A stretch of DNA of 64,000 bases from Planctomycetota bacterium (GCA_965223265.1 OZ244999.1:8384001-8448000), one strand, 5' to 3'. Counted from the first letter of the stretch, positions 10,387 through 19,877 are shown. Notes: a model not told the origin generated them from the sequence alone. A program made the numbers and translations.

Positions 10387-10414
10387 ACTTTACATTGCAA
10401 AGTTAAGCTGTCAA
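10387..10414 (-). promoter_or_regulatory. Sigma70-type promoter (TTGACA-16 nt-TAAAGT) overlapped by palindromic operator ACTTTACATTGCAAAGT (10387-10403)
   Basis: Perfect -35 (10409-10414) and TAnnnT -10 (10387-10392) on the minus strand, in an AT-rich island upstream of the 3-gene operon; 17-bp near-perfect dyad. Confidence 0.72.
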
Positions 10415-10459
10415 GCATATCTCCAGCGGACTCCCGCAAAGATCGATGCGCACCGCACG

Positions 10460-11362
10460 TCAGTCGATCTCGTCGCGCCTCAGATGTGTCGACTCGAGTA
10501 ACATCGTCGCTTTCATGTCCTCTGCGTCGCGCCGCTGGAGAGCGTGGACCAACCGCTCCGCGAGACCGGAACGGACCGAGGAGGCGGCGGCGACGACGAG
10601 GACTTCACGTCCCGAGCGTTTGACAAGCGACTCGACGATACCGATGCCCACGTCGAGAATACGGGCTCTGTGTGCGGGAACGGAACGCGGCGCGCCGTTG
10701 GAGGCAATTTGCTCGCGAAGATTCTGAAGGTCACCCAGCGAGACGTGCGGCGCGCCGACGAGCGAGGCTAACGTTTGGCAGATGCCTCCGGTACCGACGA
10801 CGTCGGCGTCCGGTAATACGCCGGCGGCGTCGAAGTCCGCTAGGGCGTGCGCGGCAGACTGAGGATCAGCGTAGAGGGATCGAATGCACCCGAGTTTGAG
10901 GCTGCCGAATCGCCGCGCGACCCCGCCGTCAAACCAGGCCCACTCGGTCGTGGCACCGCCGACGTCACAGAGGAGTACCGAGGGCGCGCCAGGGCGAAAG
11001 CCCTTCGCCATCAATCGCGCTTCGTCGACGCCGCTCATAACACGGATGCGGACACCGACTTCGTCTCGAACTCGTTTCTCCAGTTCGTGCGTTCTGGTGA
11101 ACTCTCGGAAGACCCCCGTTGCGAAACACAGAGACTTGCCCAGCGGCACCGGCGATGAATACGCGTCTGCCTCTCTCAACGTGTCGACGATATGCTGGAC
11201 GGTTGAATCCACTAGTTCGCCGTGGCGATAGAAGTCGTGTGCGACTTCCCACGGAATCTTCCGGGTCTGAATCGAACTCTCGCTTCCGGTCGAGAGTGAG
11301 ACGACGTAATGCTTCAGCGAGTTTGAACCGAGCTCTAGAAGCGTGAAAGATTGTTCGCTCAT
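10460..11362 (-). CDS. Ppx/GppA family (ASKHA) exopolyphosphatase-like protein, short form
   Basis: LLELGSNSLK, FATGVFRE, MSGVDEARL, CDVGGATTE, SLKLG, GTGG, RARIL, VRSGL; no HD domain. Confidence 0.8.
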   Translation of the reverse strand: MSEQSFTLLELGSNSLKHYVVSLSTGSESSIQTRKIPWEVAHDFYRHGELVDSTVQHIVDTLREADAYSSPVPLGKSLCFATGVFREFTRTHELEKRVRDEVGVRIRVMSGVDEARLMAKGFRPGAPSVLLCDVGGATTEWAWFDGGVARRFGSLKLGCIRSLYADPQSAAHALADFDAAGVLPDADVVGTGGICQTLASLVGAPHVSLGDLQNLREQIASNGAPRSVPAHRARILDVGIGIVESLVKRSGREVLVVAAASSVRSGLAERLVHALQRRDAEDMKATMLLESTHLRRDEID

Positions 11363-11399
11363 GCCCTACTCTTCGCTCGCGCCTGCGAGCTGCGGTTAT

Positions 11400-11557
11400 C
11401 AGCCTGTTGAAAAAGTGCTTCGAGCCGAAAACTGGTCTCTTCGCGTCCAGATCGGCTGCGGCAAACGGAGGCAATCTTCGGGATTTTCGAGTATTGACGC
11501 GGTCGAGCTGGGCGTGAAGAGACCAGTTTTCGGCCGAATGACTTTTTCAACGGGCTG
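11400..11557. mobile_element. 158-bp MITE-like long inverted repeat
   Basis: Left arm CAGCCTGTTGAAAAAGT..GCCGAAAACTGGTCTCTTC.. and right arm ..GAAGAGACCAGTTTTCGGC..ACTTTTTCAACGGGCTG are complementary over ~65 bp; intergenic and non-coding. Confidence 0.65.
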
Positions 11558-12844
11558 TTATGCCACAACTTTGAACGAAACTTTTTGGATCGAGTTGCGC
11601 CCCGATTTCGCGAACGGCCGCGGCATTGGTTGCGCGACACCGTTAGCGTCAATCGTGCGACATCGAAGCACATAATCGCCGACGGGGATGTCCTTCAACA
11701 GTGCTGCCCAGTGTGCTTTGGCGTAGCGCATGGGCCACTTCTTCGGTCGACTTGTGGCGGCTTCAAAGCCGAGTGGTGCCGGCCGAATCTCGGTGCCGAT
11801 GCCGCTCCCCCAATCCTTTGGGGGCGGAAGGATCGTCGCGTCCCGCCACGGTGCCTGGGTGAAGTGCGGGTCGTCGGCCGGTGGCTCGCGCCCCGCCGGT
11901 TCCCACCAGTACTGAACTTTTGCCAGACCCGACACGCCAACCTGCGCCAAACCGGTGATGGCGATCGGCTCTCCGACCAAGGCGGCCTTGGGACAGAACA
12001 CGCAGCGTGCGAAGGTCTTCATCTTTGTATCGACGTCATTGTTGCCGCGCTCGTACGTGTCGTTGGCGTTGAATTGATTGGTGAGTACGACGCGCTGCAA
12101 CCATTTGATTGACTTGAAACCATACGCATCTGGTACGAGCATGCGTACTGGACCGCCGCGCTTGCCGGAGATCCAGTCGCCGTTGAGCTTGTAGCACAGG
12201 ATGACGGGATACTCCCCCGGTGGATCCTCGAGTACGCGACCAATCGGCAAGGAGCTGCGAAACATCTGCTGCGGATCGTCGTTGTGGTATCCGTAGTAGA
12301 AAACGCGGCGAATGTTCTCCACTGGCCTCGCCATCCACAAGACGTCGCGCAGCGGAACACCTTCCCAAAGTCCCATGCCGAGCGGCTGGCCCATGTTCAA
12401 GCAGGTCATGATCTTTAGGTACTTGACGGCACGGGTCTTGGCGATCTCCATCAACGCATCGAAGGTGAGTGCGGTTCCAAGCTCCTTTGCGAGCGGGCGA
12501 TCGACTCGAGCCTTCGTCTCTGGATCCGCCACCACTTCGAGTTGCCACGACTGGCGCTCGAGTCCGACCGCGAGCCGCTGCTCTGGCGGCAACTTGTAAG
12601 GCAGAGGGTTGCCGCGTTCGACCGTGCCGAAATCCTCTGGACGCGTCAGATATTCAAGCTTCGCGATCGCGTCGTCCAGCTCTGACGAAAACGTCGAACC
12701 TCCCCGGCTCGCTTCCTGCGCGGCGGCACGGAGAAACGGCACGCTGGCGACGAGAGCCCCCGCGGCGCCAAGGCCGACAAAATATCGGCGCGTGACCTCG
12801 AGATGTTCTTGGGCGAAACGTGTTTCACTCTGGGGGCGCGTCAT
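11558..12844 (-). CDS. Tat-exported molybdopterin oxidoreductase (sulfite oxidase family)
   Basis: Twin-arginine TRRYFVG leader; MTCLN Mo-ligand Cys; WEGVPLRDVL; RGGPVRMLVPDAYGFKSIKWL; C-terminal Ig-like dimerisation region (LRCRTIDANGVAQP). Confidence 0.85.
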   Translation of the reverse strand: MTRPQSETRFAQEHLEVTRRYFVGLGAAGALVASVPFLRAAAQEASRGGSTFSSELDDAIAKLEYLTRPEDFGTVERGNPLPYKLPPEQRLAVGLERQSWQLEVVADPETKARVDRPLAKELGTALTFDALMEIAKTRAVKYLKIMTCLNMGQPLGMGLWEGVPLRDVLWMARPVENIRRVFYYGYHNDDPQQMFRSSLPIGRVLEDPPGEYPVILCYKLNGDWISGKRGGPVRMLVPDAYGFKSIKWLQRVVLTNQFNANDTYERGNNDVDTKMKTFARCVFCPKAALVGEPIAITGLAQVGVSGLAKVQYWWEPAGREPPADDPHFTQAPWRDATILPPPKDWGSGIGTEIRPAPLGFEAATSRPKKWPMRYAKAHWAALLKDIPVGDYVLRCRTIDANGVAQPMPRPFAKSGRNSIQKVSFKVVA

Positions 12845-13182
12845 GCTCTATCCCAATCGTCTTTCCTTCGGCGGATCGATCGTCATGGCTTTACCATGAA
12901 GTATCGGGCGATGAAGATGGAAGTATCCGGCGATCCGAATTTCCGCAGTTCCGCTCCAAATCTTTTAACACGGTGACGCCCTCAACCCCAAGAGTTCGTC
13001 GGCTGACCCGGACCAGCCGGGCACGGGGTCGAGCGAAGAAAGGTACGCGTGCTGCGCTTGCAAATCGTGTCACGCTCCGACATAACAGCAGCGACGAGTG
13101 CATCTCGCGCGACCGATCGTGGTGGCAGACCGCGGGTGGTAGCGCGTTGGACGGGTTCGCGTGTGAGCGAGGGCGATGGCGC

Positions 13183-14871
13183 TTGACTTCTCAACCTGAC
13201 GGACACCTATCAGATCAGGATTTGATCTCGCGGTGGCGCCACCAAAGCGCACCGCTGCTGCCCCTTCTCCATGCGTTTCATGAGCGCGATGGATTCGTTT
13301 CAGAAGCTGCGATGACATCGATCGCCAAGGGTCTTCGCATTCCGCTCGCCGATTTGTACGGCACGGTGACGTTCTACCATCACTTCGCCAGAGAGCCAGG
13401 TGGTCGGGACGCGCCGCGAGTTTGCACAGGACCGGTTTGCGCACTCCGCGGTGGACCAGAGCTTGTGGACCAGCTGCGCTCGGAAGGTGCTCAGACGATG
13501 GCCTGTGCTGGACGCTGCGACGAGCCAGTGCCGGTGATTCGCGGCGATGATGTCTGGGTCGGCTCGGCGGCTGATCGTCTGCAGCGACGCACGTCGCCAT
13601 TGCCACCGCCGAGCCCGGGGTACCCGGGGTTCGAGGAGTGTGTCTTTGCTCACTTGCGACGATCCGATCGAGCCACGATCGCAGGCTACTCCCAAACCGG
13701 CGGTTATGAAGGGCTCGCACGCGCGGTCAAGGATCTGCGACCTGAAGATGTGATTGCAGAGCTCAAGGGCAGCCAACTCGCAGGCCGTGGTGGGGCCGGC
13801 TTTCCCACCGGCGCCAAGTGGCAGGCAGTGGCTGCCGCTTCGCGTTCGCCGAAGACGATCGTTTGCAACGCCGACGAGGGCGAGCCCGGCTGCTTCAAGG
13901 ACCGCGCGATCATGGACCACGACCCTCATGCAGTGATCGAAGGGATGTTGCTCGCGGCTTACGCCACTGGAGCGGCGCGCGGGTTCATCTACCTGCGCTA
14001 CGAGTACCCGGAGACCCGTCGCATTCTCGAGCGAGCCATCGGCGAGGCTGAGCAGGCAGGATGGCTGGGGCCGCAAGGGCTCGGTGGGCAGACTTTCGAA
14101 CTCTGCGTGCGACGTGGCGGCGGTGCGTACATCTGTGGCGAGGAAGGGTCGCTTCTCAACAGCCTCGAGGGGCGGCATCCGTTTCCGCGCAATCGACCGC
14201 CGTATCCCGTGACGCATGGCTACGAGGATTTGCCGACCGTCGTCAACAATGTTGAGACGCTCGCCGCGTCAGCGCAGATCGTCCGCCGCGGCGCCGATTG
14301 GTACCGCAGCCTTGGCGTGGGCGAGCATGCTGGGACGAAGGTCATTAGTCTTTCGGGGGACGTGGAGCGTCCTGGAAACTATGAGGTTCCGATCGGATTG
14401 CCGCTCAAGACGCTGATCCATGATTGGGCCGGGGGTGTGCCGCGCGGCCGGCGCGTGCAGGCCGTGACGATGGCAGGCTTGTCGGGCGGCTTCCTCGCGG
14501 CGGCCGATCTGGATGTCACGCTCGACGAGCCGAGCGTCCGCTCCAAGGGCTCCTTTCTCGGCGCCGGCGGCATCATCGTCTACGACGACACACGTGATAT
14601 GGTGGCTGCCGCGCGCGCAGCGATGCAGTTTTTCGCTGCGGAGTCTTGTGGCAAGTGTTTCCCATGTCGCATCGGGACGCAGCGGCTGACCGAGAGGCTA
14701 GCAGGTACCGCCGGGCCGTCCCAGGTGTCCGCGTGGACAGAAGAGGTCCGCGACATCGGCGCGACCATGAAGGCTACGAGTGCATGCGGCCTCGGAACAG
14801 CGGCGCCACTCATCACTGAAAGCTTGCTACGCTACTTTCCTGAACAGCTTGCGAGGCATTTGCAGCCGTGA
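13183..14871 (+). CDS. NAD(H)-binding flavoprotein subunit, NuoE-NuoF fusion (formate dehydrogenase beta/diaphorase subunit)
   Basis: NuoE-like LLPLLH...VTFYHHF, CTGPVC, CAGRC. NuoF motifs GRGGAGFPTG.KW, CNADEGEPG.FKDR, GAYICGEE, NNVETL, ESCGKCFPCRIG, CGLG. The TTG start at 13183 is more plausible than the ORF-track 12820, which overlaps the divergent gene. Confidence 0.88.
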   Translation: MTSQPDGHLSDQDLISRWRHQSAPLLPLLHAFHERDGFVSEAAMTSIAKGLRIPLADLYGTVTFYHHFAREPGGRDAPRVCTGPVCALRGGPELVDQLRSEGAQTMACAGRCDEPVPVIRGDDVWVGSAADRLQRRTSPLPPPSPGYPGFEECVFAHLRRSDRATIAGYSQTGGYEGLARAVKDLRPEDVIAELKGSQLAGRGGAGFPTGAKWQAVAAASRSPKTIVCNADEGEPGCFKDRAIMDHDPHAVIEGMLLAAYATGAARGFIYLRYEYPETRRILERAIGEAEQAGWLGPQGLGGQTFELCVRRGGGAYICGEEGSLLNSLEGRHPFPRNRPPYPVTHGYEDLPTVVNNVETLAASAQIVRRGADWYRSLGVGEHAGTKVISLSGDVERPGNYEVPIGLPLKTLIHDWAGGVPRGRRVQAVTMAGLSGGFLAAADLDVTLDEPSVRSKGSFLGAGGIIVYDDTRDMVAAARAAMQFFAAESCGKCFPCRIGTQRLTERLAGTAGPSQVSAWTEEVRDIGATMKATSACGLGTAAPLITESLLRYFPEQLARHLQP

Positions 14872-15012
14872 GAAGATGGAGCGCTGCCGCTCGTGGACGG
14901 CATGAGCGCGCTCACCGACCTGCGTCTTTTCCGCACGTTTCGGTGCCCGCTGTGTCAAAATCCCACTGAGTTTCGATCTACGCTTTGAAAAAACGTCGAC
15001 AAGACGACAAAC

Positions 15013-17790
15013 ATGACGCGCGAAGAATCATTGAGCGACCAAGCGCCCGCGCCGCCGCCACAGGACGGCTCGCAGCACACCGAGACTCTGACTCTCGACG
15101 GCCGTGAGGTAGCGTTTAAACCCGGTGAGACGCTCTACGAAGTTGCCGCTCGACATCGGATCGACGTGCCAACGCTCTGCTACGATCGGCGCCTCGAACC
15201 GTTCGGTGCCTGTAGACTCTGTGTCGTCGAGGTCGAGGGGGTTCAGAACCCAGTAGCCTCGTGTACGGTTCAAGCGACTGCCGCGATGGTAGTGAAAACA
15301 CAGACCGCGCAGCTCGAGAAACATCGCAAGGTTCTTCTCGAGCTCGTCGCCTCAGAGAATGAATGTGTCGACGTCGACCCCCTCAGCGGTTACGCGTCGC
15401 AGGAGCTTGCGAGCCTTGTCGATCGCTACGGTGCGCGTACGGGGAGGTTCGCTGGTCGTCGTTCGGGCCGCAGTCGCGACGACGATGACAATCCGTTCAT
15501 CCGACGTCACTACGACAACTGCATCTCCTGCTACCGCTGCGTTCGCGTCTGTGCCGAGCAGGAGGGCGACTTCGCGATCACTGTGAGCGGACGTGGTTTC
15601 GAGACCTCCATCACAGCGGAGTTCGACGCGCTCTTGAAGGATTCCTCCTGCACGTTTTGCGGCCAGTGTGTGCAGACCTGCCCGACCGGAGCGCTTGCCG
15701 ATCTGAAAAGCCTCAGATCGACCGACGTCCCGGGGGCGACGCAAACGACGCGTACGGTATGCCCCTACTGCGGGGTCGGTTGTTCCGTCGACCTCATGAC
15801 GCGAGGCGATCGAGTCGTCGGGGTTCTGCCAGCTATGGATGGACCTGCGAACCTTGGCGCGCTCTGCGTCAAGGGACAGTTTGCCTTTGATTTCGTGCAG
15901 CATCCTGATCGCTTGACGACGCCCCTGGTGCGCGGGACTGACGGGAATTTGCGCGCTGCTTCGTGGGATGAGGCTCTCGACTGTGCGGTGAACGGCTTTC
16001 AGCAATCCGTCTCGACTCACGGCCGCGAAAGCGTTTATGCGATCGCCTCCGGGCGGGCTCCGAGTGAGGGTGCCTACACGATCCAGAAGTGGATCCGTTC
16101 TTCCTTTGGTACCAACTACGTCGACAACTGCAGTCGCGCCTGACACGCCCCGACGGTTGCCGGTCTGGCAGCTACGATCGGCCGCGGAGCGATGTCGAAT
16201 CCTCTCGCGGACATGGAGAAGCCCGATGTGATTTTTTGCATCGGGACCAACATGACAGAATGCCACCCGGTCGCCGCCGCGCGATTGAAGCGAGCGCTGG
16301 CGCGCGGGGCGAAACTGATCGTAGCTGATCCTCGACGCATCCGTCTTGCGGAGCTGGCCGATCTCTATCTGCCGATCCGAGTCGGCAGTGACGTCGCGCT
16401 TCTGGCGGCAATGGCTCACGTGATCGTTCGCGATGGACTCGTCGACGAGCAGTTCGTCGCCGACCGCACGCGCGGCGCGGCCGAGTTTTTGACGCATGTT
16501 GAGTCATTGACTCCGGAGTGGGCCGAGTCGATCACCGGCGTTGATGCCAGAGACATTGAAACTGCAGCGCGTTGGTACGGCGACGGGGAGCGGTCGGGCA
16601 TCTACTACACGCTCGGAGTCACGGAGCACATCTGCGGCGTCGACAACGTGCGGAGTCTCTGCAACCTAGCGCTCCTGACCGGCAATCTCGGCAAGGAGGG
16701 ATGCGGTGTCAATCCAATGCGTGGTCAGAACAACATTCAAGGCGCCGGCGACAGCGGCGCGCTGCCGAACAACTACCCCGGTTTTCAAGCTGTCACCGAG
16801 CCGGAGAACCAAGCCAAGTTCAGCGCCGCGTATGGACGCGAGATCGATCTCGAGAAGGGGGTCACCAAGGTCACCGCACTGGATCTGTGTGGCGACCGAA
16901 TCCACGCTATGTTGATCGCCGGTGAGAATACGGTCGTCAGTGATCCCGATCGCAATCATTGCCAGAAGGCGCTCGAGCGCCTAGACCATCTCGTCGTGAT
17001 GGACATTTTCTTGACGGAGACGGCAGCACTGGCCGACGTCGTGCTGCCGGCAGCAGCATGGGCGGAAACCGACGGCGTATGCGTCAACACAGAGCGCCGC
17101 GTTCAGCGCCTCCGCCAGGCAGTGCCGCCTCCGGGCGAGGCTCGACCCGATTGGTGGATCGTGTCCGAGATGGCCCGGCGTATGGGAACGCCAGGGTTCG
17201 ATTTTGCTTCGGCGAAGGATGTGTTCAACGAGCTCTGCAACTTGTCTCCGATCTACGCCGGGCTCGATTGGGACCGCATCGAGAACAGCGAGTTCCAGTG
17301 GCCCGTGCCCGAGAAGGGGCATCCGGGAACGCCGATCCTTCACCAGGGGGAGTTTCTGAACGGGCGCGGCAGCTTCTCGGTTGTGAACTACCGTGACCCG
17401 GCAGAAACCATCGACGAAGAGTATCCCGTGTGGCTAACAACCGGCCGCCGGCTCGAGTCGTACCACACGCGTACGCAGACGGGGCGAGCTGCCGGTATGG
17501 ATTACCTGTTGAGCGAGGAGCACCTCGAAGTGCATCCGAGCGACGTTGAGGCGTGGGGACTGAGCGACGGCGAGTGGTGTCGTCTTTCGAGCCGTCGCGG
17601 TGCCGTCGACATAAGAGTCCAAGCGACGCCGCGTTCGCCGCGCGGGACGGTCTTTGCGAGCTTCAGCTTCAACGACGTGCCGGTGAACGTGCTGACCGGA
17701 TCTGGGTATGACCCGATCACCGAGACCGCAGAGCTCAAGGTGTGCCCGGTGCGCGTCGAGCCTCTGTCCACAACGTCGGTAGAGAGATGA
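15013..17790 (+). CDS. fdhF: Formate dehydrogenase alpha subunit, selenocysteine-containing (TGA 16141-16143 = Sec)
   Basis: ORFs 15013-16143 and 16192-17790 are in the same frame, joined as DNCSRA-U-HAPTVAGL at the Mo/W-ligand position. 2Fe-2S, CISCYRCVRVC, CTFCGQCVQTCP, CPYCGVGC..LCVKG, PMRGQNNIQGAGD, NTERRVQ, LTTGRRL. SECIS follows the TGA. Confidence 0.93.
16141..16173 (+). promoter_or_regulatory. Sec UGA codon and bacterial SECIS hairpin
   Basis: TGA, 11 nt, then GGTTGCC-GGTCT-GGCAGCT (16155-16173). Spacing and apical GGTCT match the E. coli fdhF SECIS (GGTTGCAGGTCTGCACC). Confidence 0.85.
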
Positions 17791-17840
17791 CGGAATCCGA
17801 TGGTCGCCGCGCAGCGAACCATGTGCGCGGAGGCGGAGGC

Positions 17841-17976
17841 AAACACTCGCACTCCCACGCACTCGCACTCGCAAACTCCCACCCTCACTCCCACGCGCAC
17901 GCGCACGCGCACGCGCACGCGCACGCCCACGCAAACGCAAACGCAAACGCAAACGCAAACGCAAACGCAAACGCAA
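17841..17976. repeat. Compound hexanucleotide microsatellite: degenerate ACTCSC units, (ACGCGC)5, ACGCCC, (ACGCAA)8
   Basis: (ACGCGC)5 at 17893-17922 and (ACGCAA)8 at 17929-17976; intergenic between the FDH gene and the D-2-hydroxyacid dehydrogenase. Confidence 0.95.
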
Positions 17977-18052
17977 ACGGAGGCGGCGACGCAGCCGCTA
18001 CAACCACTCTTCGCCGTTTCGCAGACGTTGGGGTCTAGAGACTGACACGATC

Positions 18053-19069
18053 ATGACAAAGCTTCTCGTCGAGCTGCCGGTCGACGACCGAGCTAGCCAA
18101 GAGTTACTGCAGCGATCGGATCTCGACATCGAGCGCGTCGAACCGGTCTACGAAGTGCGATCGCTGCCGCGAGATCGCATCGAGGACGTCGATGTCCTGT
18201 GCTGCGTCTATCCGCCAGCGAACCTCGAAGACATGCGGCGACTGAAATGGATTCAGCTCGCGACCGCCGGGTACGAACAACTTTACTCGCTTTCTTTAGC
18301 CGAGCGTGGCATCCGTGCCAGCAACGCGCGCGGAGTTTTTGACGTTCCGATTGCGGAATGGAACATCGCCATGATGGTGAACCTGAAACGTAATTTGCGT
18401 CAAATGATCCGTCATCAAGATGCCAGACGTTGGGAGATCGCCGACGAGTTCCAAAAGGGGATTCATGGCGAAACGGTTGGGCTGTGGGGATACGGCGGCA
18501 TCGGCCGCGAGACGGCGCGCTTGGCGCGTGCGATGGGGATGCGTGTGCACGTTCTGTCGCGCCGCCGCGGGCCTGTTGCCCGGCAGCAAGATGTCTACAC
18601 CGCTCCAGGTACAGGCGATCCGAAAGGTGAATTACCACACCGCTATTTTCAGTCAGGGGAAGAACGTGAATTTCTCGCGGGGCTCGATTTTTTGGTTTTG
18701 GCGATGCCGCTGACGCGAAGTACCGAGGGGATCGTCACGGCGGAGCATCTTCGCGCGCTCCCACGGCACGCGTTCGTTCTCAACCCGGCGCGCGGACGGC
18801 TCATCCAGGAAGCGGCGTTGATCGAGTCGCTCGAGAAGAGTTGGATCGCCGGTGCTGCGATCGATACCCACTACGCCTACCCGTTGCCAGCGGAACATCC
18901 GCTTTGGGCGTTTCCGAACGTGATCCTCACGCCGCACGTTTCTGGTTCGCCTGCAAACCAGCAGTTCGGGGAGCGCATGTGGGGGATTCTGACGGAGAAC
19001 GTTCGGCGCTTTCTGGCCGGCGAGACGCTTTTGAATGAGCTGACCGCAGAGCAGCTCGGCGGCGCTTGA
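18053..19069 (+). CDS. D-2-hydroxyacid dehydrogenase family protein
   Basis: WIQLATAG, SNARGV, GLWGYGGIG, MPLTRSTEG, LNPARG, ILTPHVSG. Confidence 0.9.
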   Translation: MTKLLVELPVDDRASQELLQRSDLDIERVEPVYEVRSLPRDRIEDVDVLCCVYPPANLEDMRRLKWIQLATAGYEQLYSLSLAERGIRASNARGVFDVPIAEWNIAMMVNLKRNLRQMIRHQDARRWEIADEFQKGIHGETVGLWGYGGIGRETARLARAMGMRVHVLSRRRGPVARQQDVYTAPGTGDPKGELPHRYFQSGEEREFLAGLDFLVLAMPLTRSTEGIVTAEHLRALPRHAFVLNPARGRLIQEAALIESLEKSWIAGAAIDTHYAYPLPAEHPLWAFPNVILTPHVSGSPANQQFGERMWGILTENVRRFLAGETLLNELTAEQLGGA

Positions 19070-19103
19070 GGTAAGCGTGGTCTCAGCGCCAACGCATGGC
19101 GAG

Positions 19104-19877
19104 CTATTTCGCCGTGTAGCCGCCGTCGACCATGAGGCATTCACCCGTGATGAAGGAGGCCTCAGACGACGCCAAGAAGAGAACGGCGTTGGCGATTTCG
19201 CGCGGCGTTGCCAAACGCTCAATCATGTGGGCGCCGCCGAAGTCTGGGTGAGTTTCAGCCTCCTCTCGGGTGAGTCCCATCTCCTGCGCCATGCGTTCAA
19301 CAATCGGGGTCCAAACAGTGCCAGGGCAGACGGCGTTGACGCGGATGCCGTCGGCCGCAAGGTCGAGCGCCAGGCAGCGCGTCATGTTGGCGACCGCAGC
19401 CTTCGACGTGTTGTACGGCACAAAGTCGGGCTGAGCGATAAAGCTTGAGATCGAGCCAAGGTTGACGATCGCGCCACCGCCGCGGCGCCGCATCGGCTTC
19501 GCCGCATGCTTAGCCATAAGTGCTGCGCCCAAAACATTGACGCGTAGGATTCCCTGCCAATCGTCGACAGTCGCGTCGTCGATGTTCTTCAGCACGAAGA
19601 TAGCCGCATTGTTGACGAGTACGTCGAGGCCACCAAACTCGTCAACCGCAGTTGCCACAGCCTGCTTGGCGCTTGCCTCGTCTCCCACGTCCGTGTCGAC
19701 GAACAAAGCGCGCCCACCGCGCTCCTGTATTTCACGGGCGGCCGCTTTCCCCGTCTGTTCGTTCATCTCCGCGACCACGACAGCTGCCCCCTCCTCGGCG
19801 AGCCGATCGCAAATCGCCTTGCCAATCCCTTGGCCGCCGCCTGTGACGATGGCGACTTTGCTTTCCATGCGACTCAT
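19104..19877 (-). CDS. SDR family NAD(P)-dependent oxidoreductase
   Basis: TGGGQGIG, NNAA, YNTSK, IRVNAVCPG, VDGG. Confidence 0.93.
   Translation of the reverse strand: MSRMESKVAIVTGGGQGIGKAICDRLAEEGAAVVVAEMNEQTGKAAAREIQERGGRALFVDTDVGDEASAKQAVATAVDEFGGLDVLVNNAAIFVLKNIDDATVDDWQGILRVNVLGAALMAKHAAKPMRRRGGGAIVNLGSISSFIAQPDFVPYNTSKAAVANMTRCLALDLAADGIRVNAVCPGTVWTPIVERMAQEMGLTREEAETHPDFGGAHMIERLATPREIANAVLFLASSEASFITGECLMVDGGYTAK

Noticed and set aside
12850-13180. Moco/Tuco riboswitch or sigma54 promoter (GGTACGCGTGCTGC at ~13042) upstream of the FDH operon
   Set aside because: No Moco RNA conserved elements are recognisable, and the GG-N10-GC match deviates at several consensus positions.
12820-13182. 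N-terminal extensions of ORF-track calls (12820, 19462, 27854, 52953, 56268)
   Set aside because: They overlap neighbouring genes or lack homology-like sequence; downstream starts fit the RBS and domain boundaries better.
16141-16143. FDH alpha as a nonsense-disrupted pseudogene or two separate genes
   Set aside because: The TGA is in frame at the Sec ligand position and is followed by a SECIS hairpin.
17434-18045. ORFs with RL/RA, VR, HA/NA or TR/TQ dipeptide runs
   Set aside because: They are translations of the hexamer microsatellite, with no independent coding evidence.
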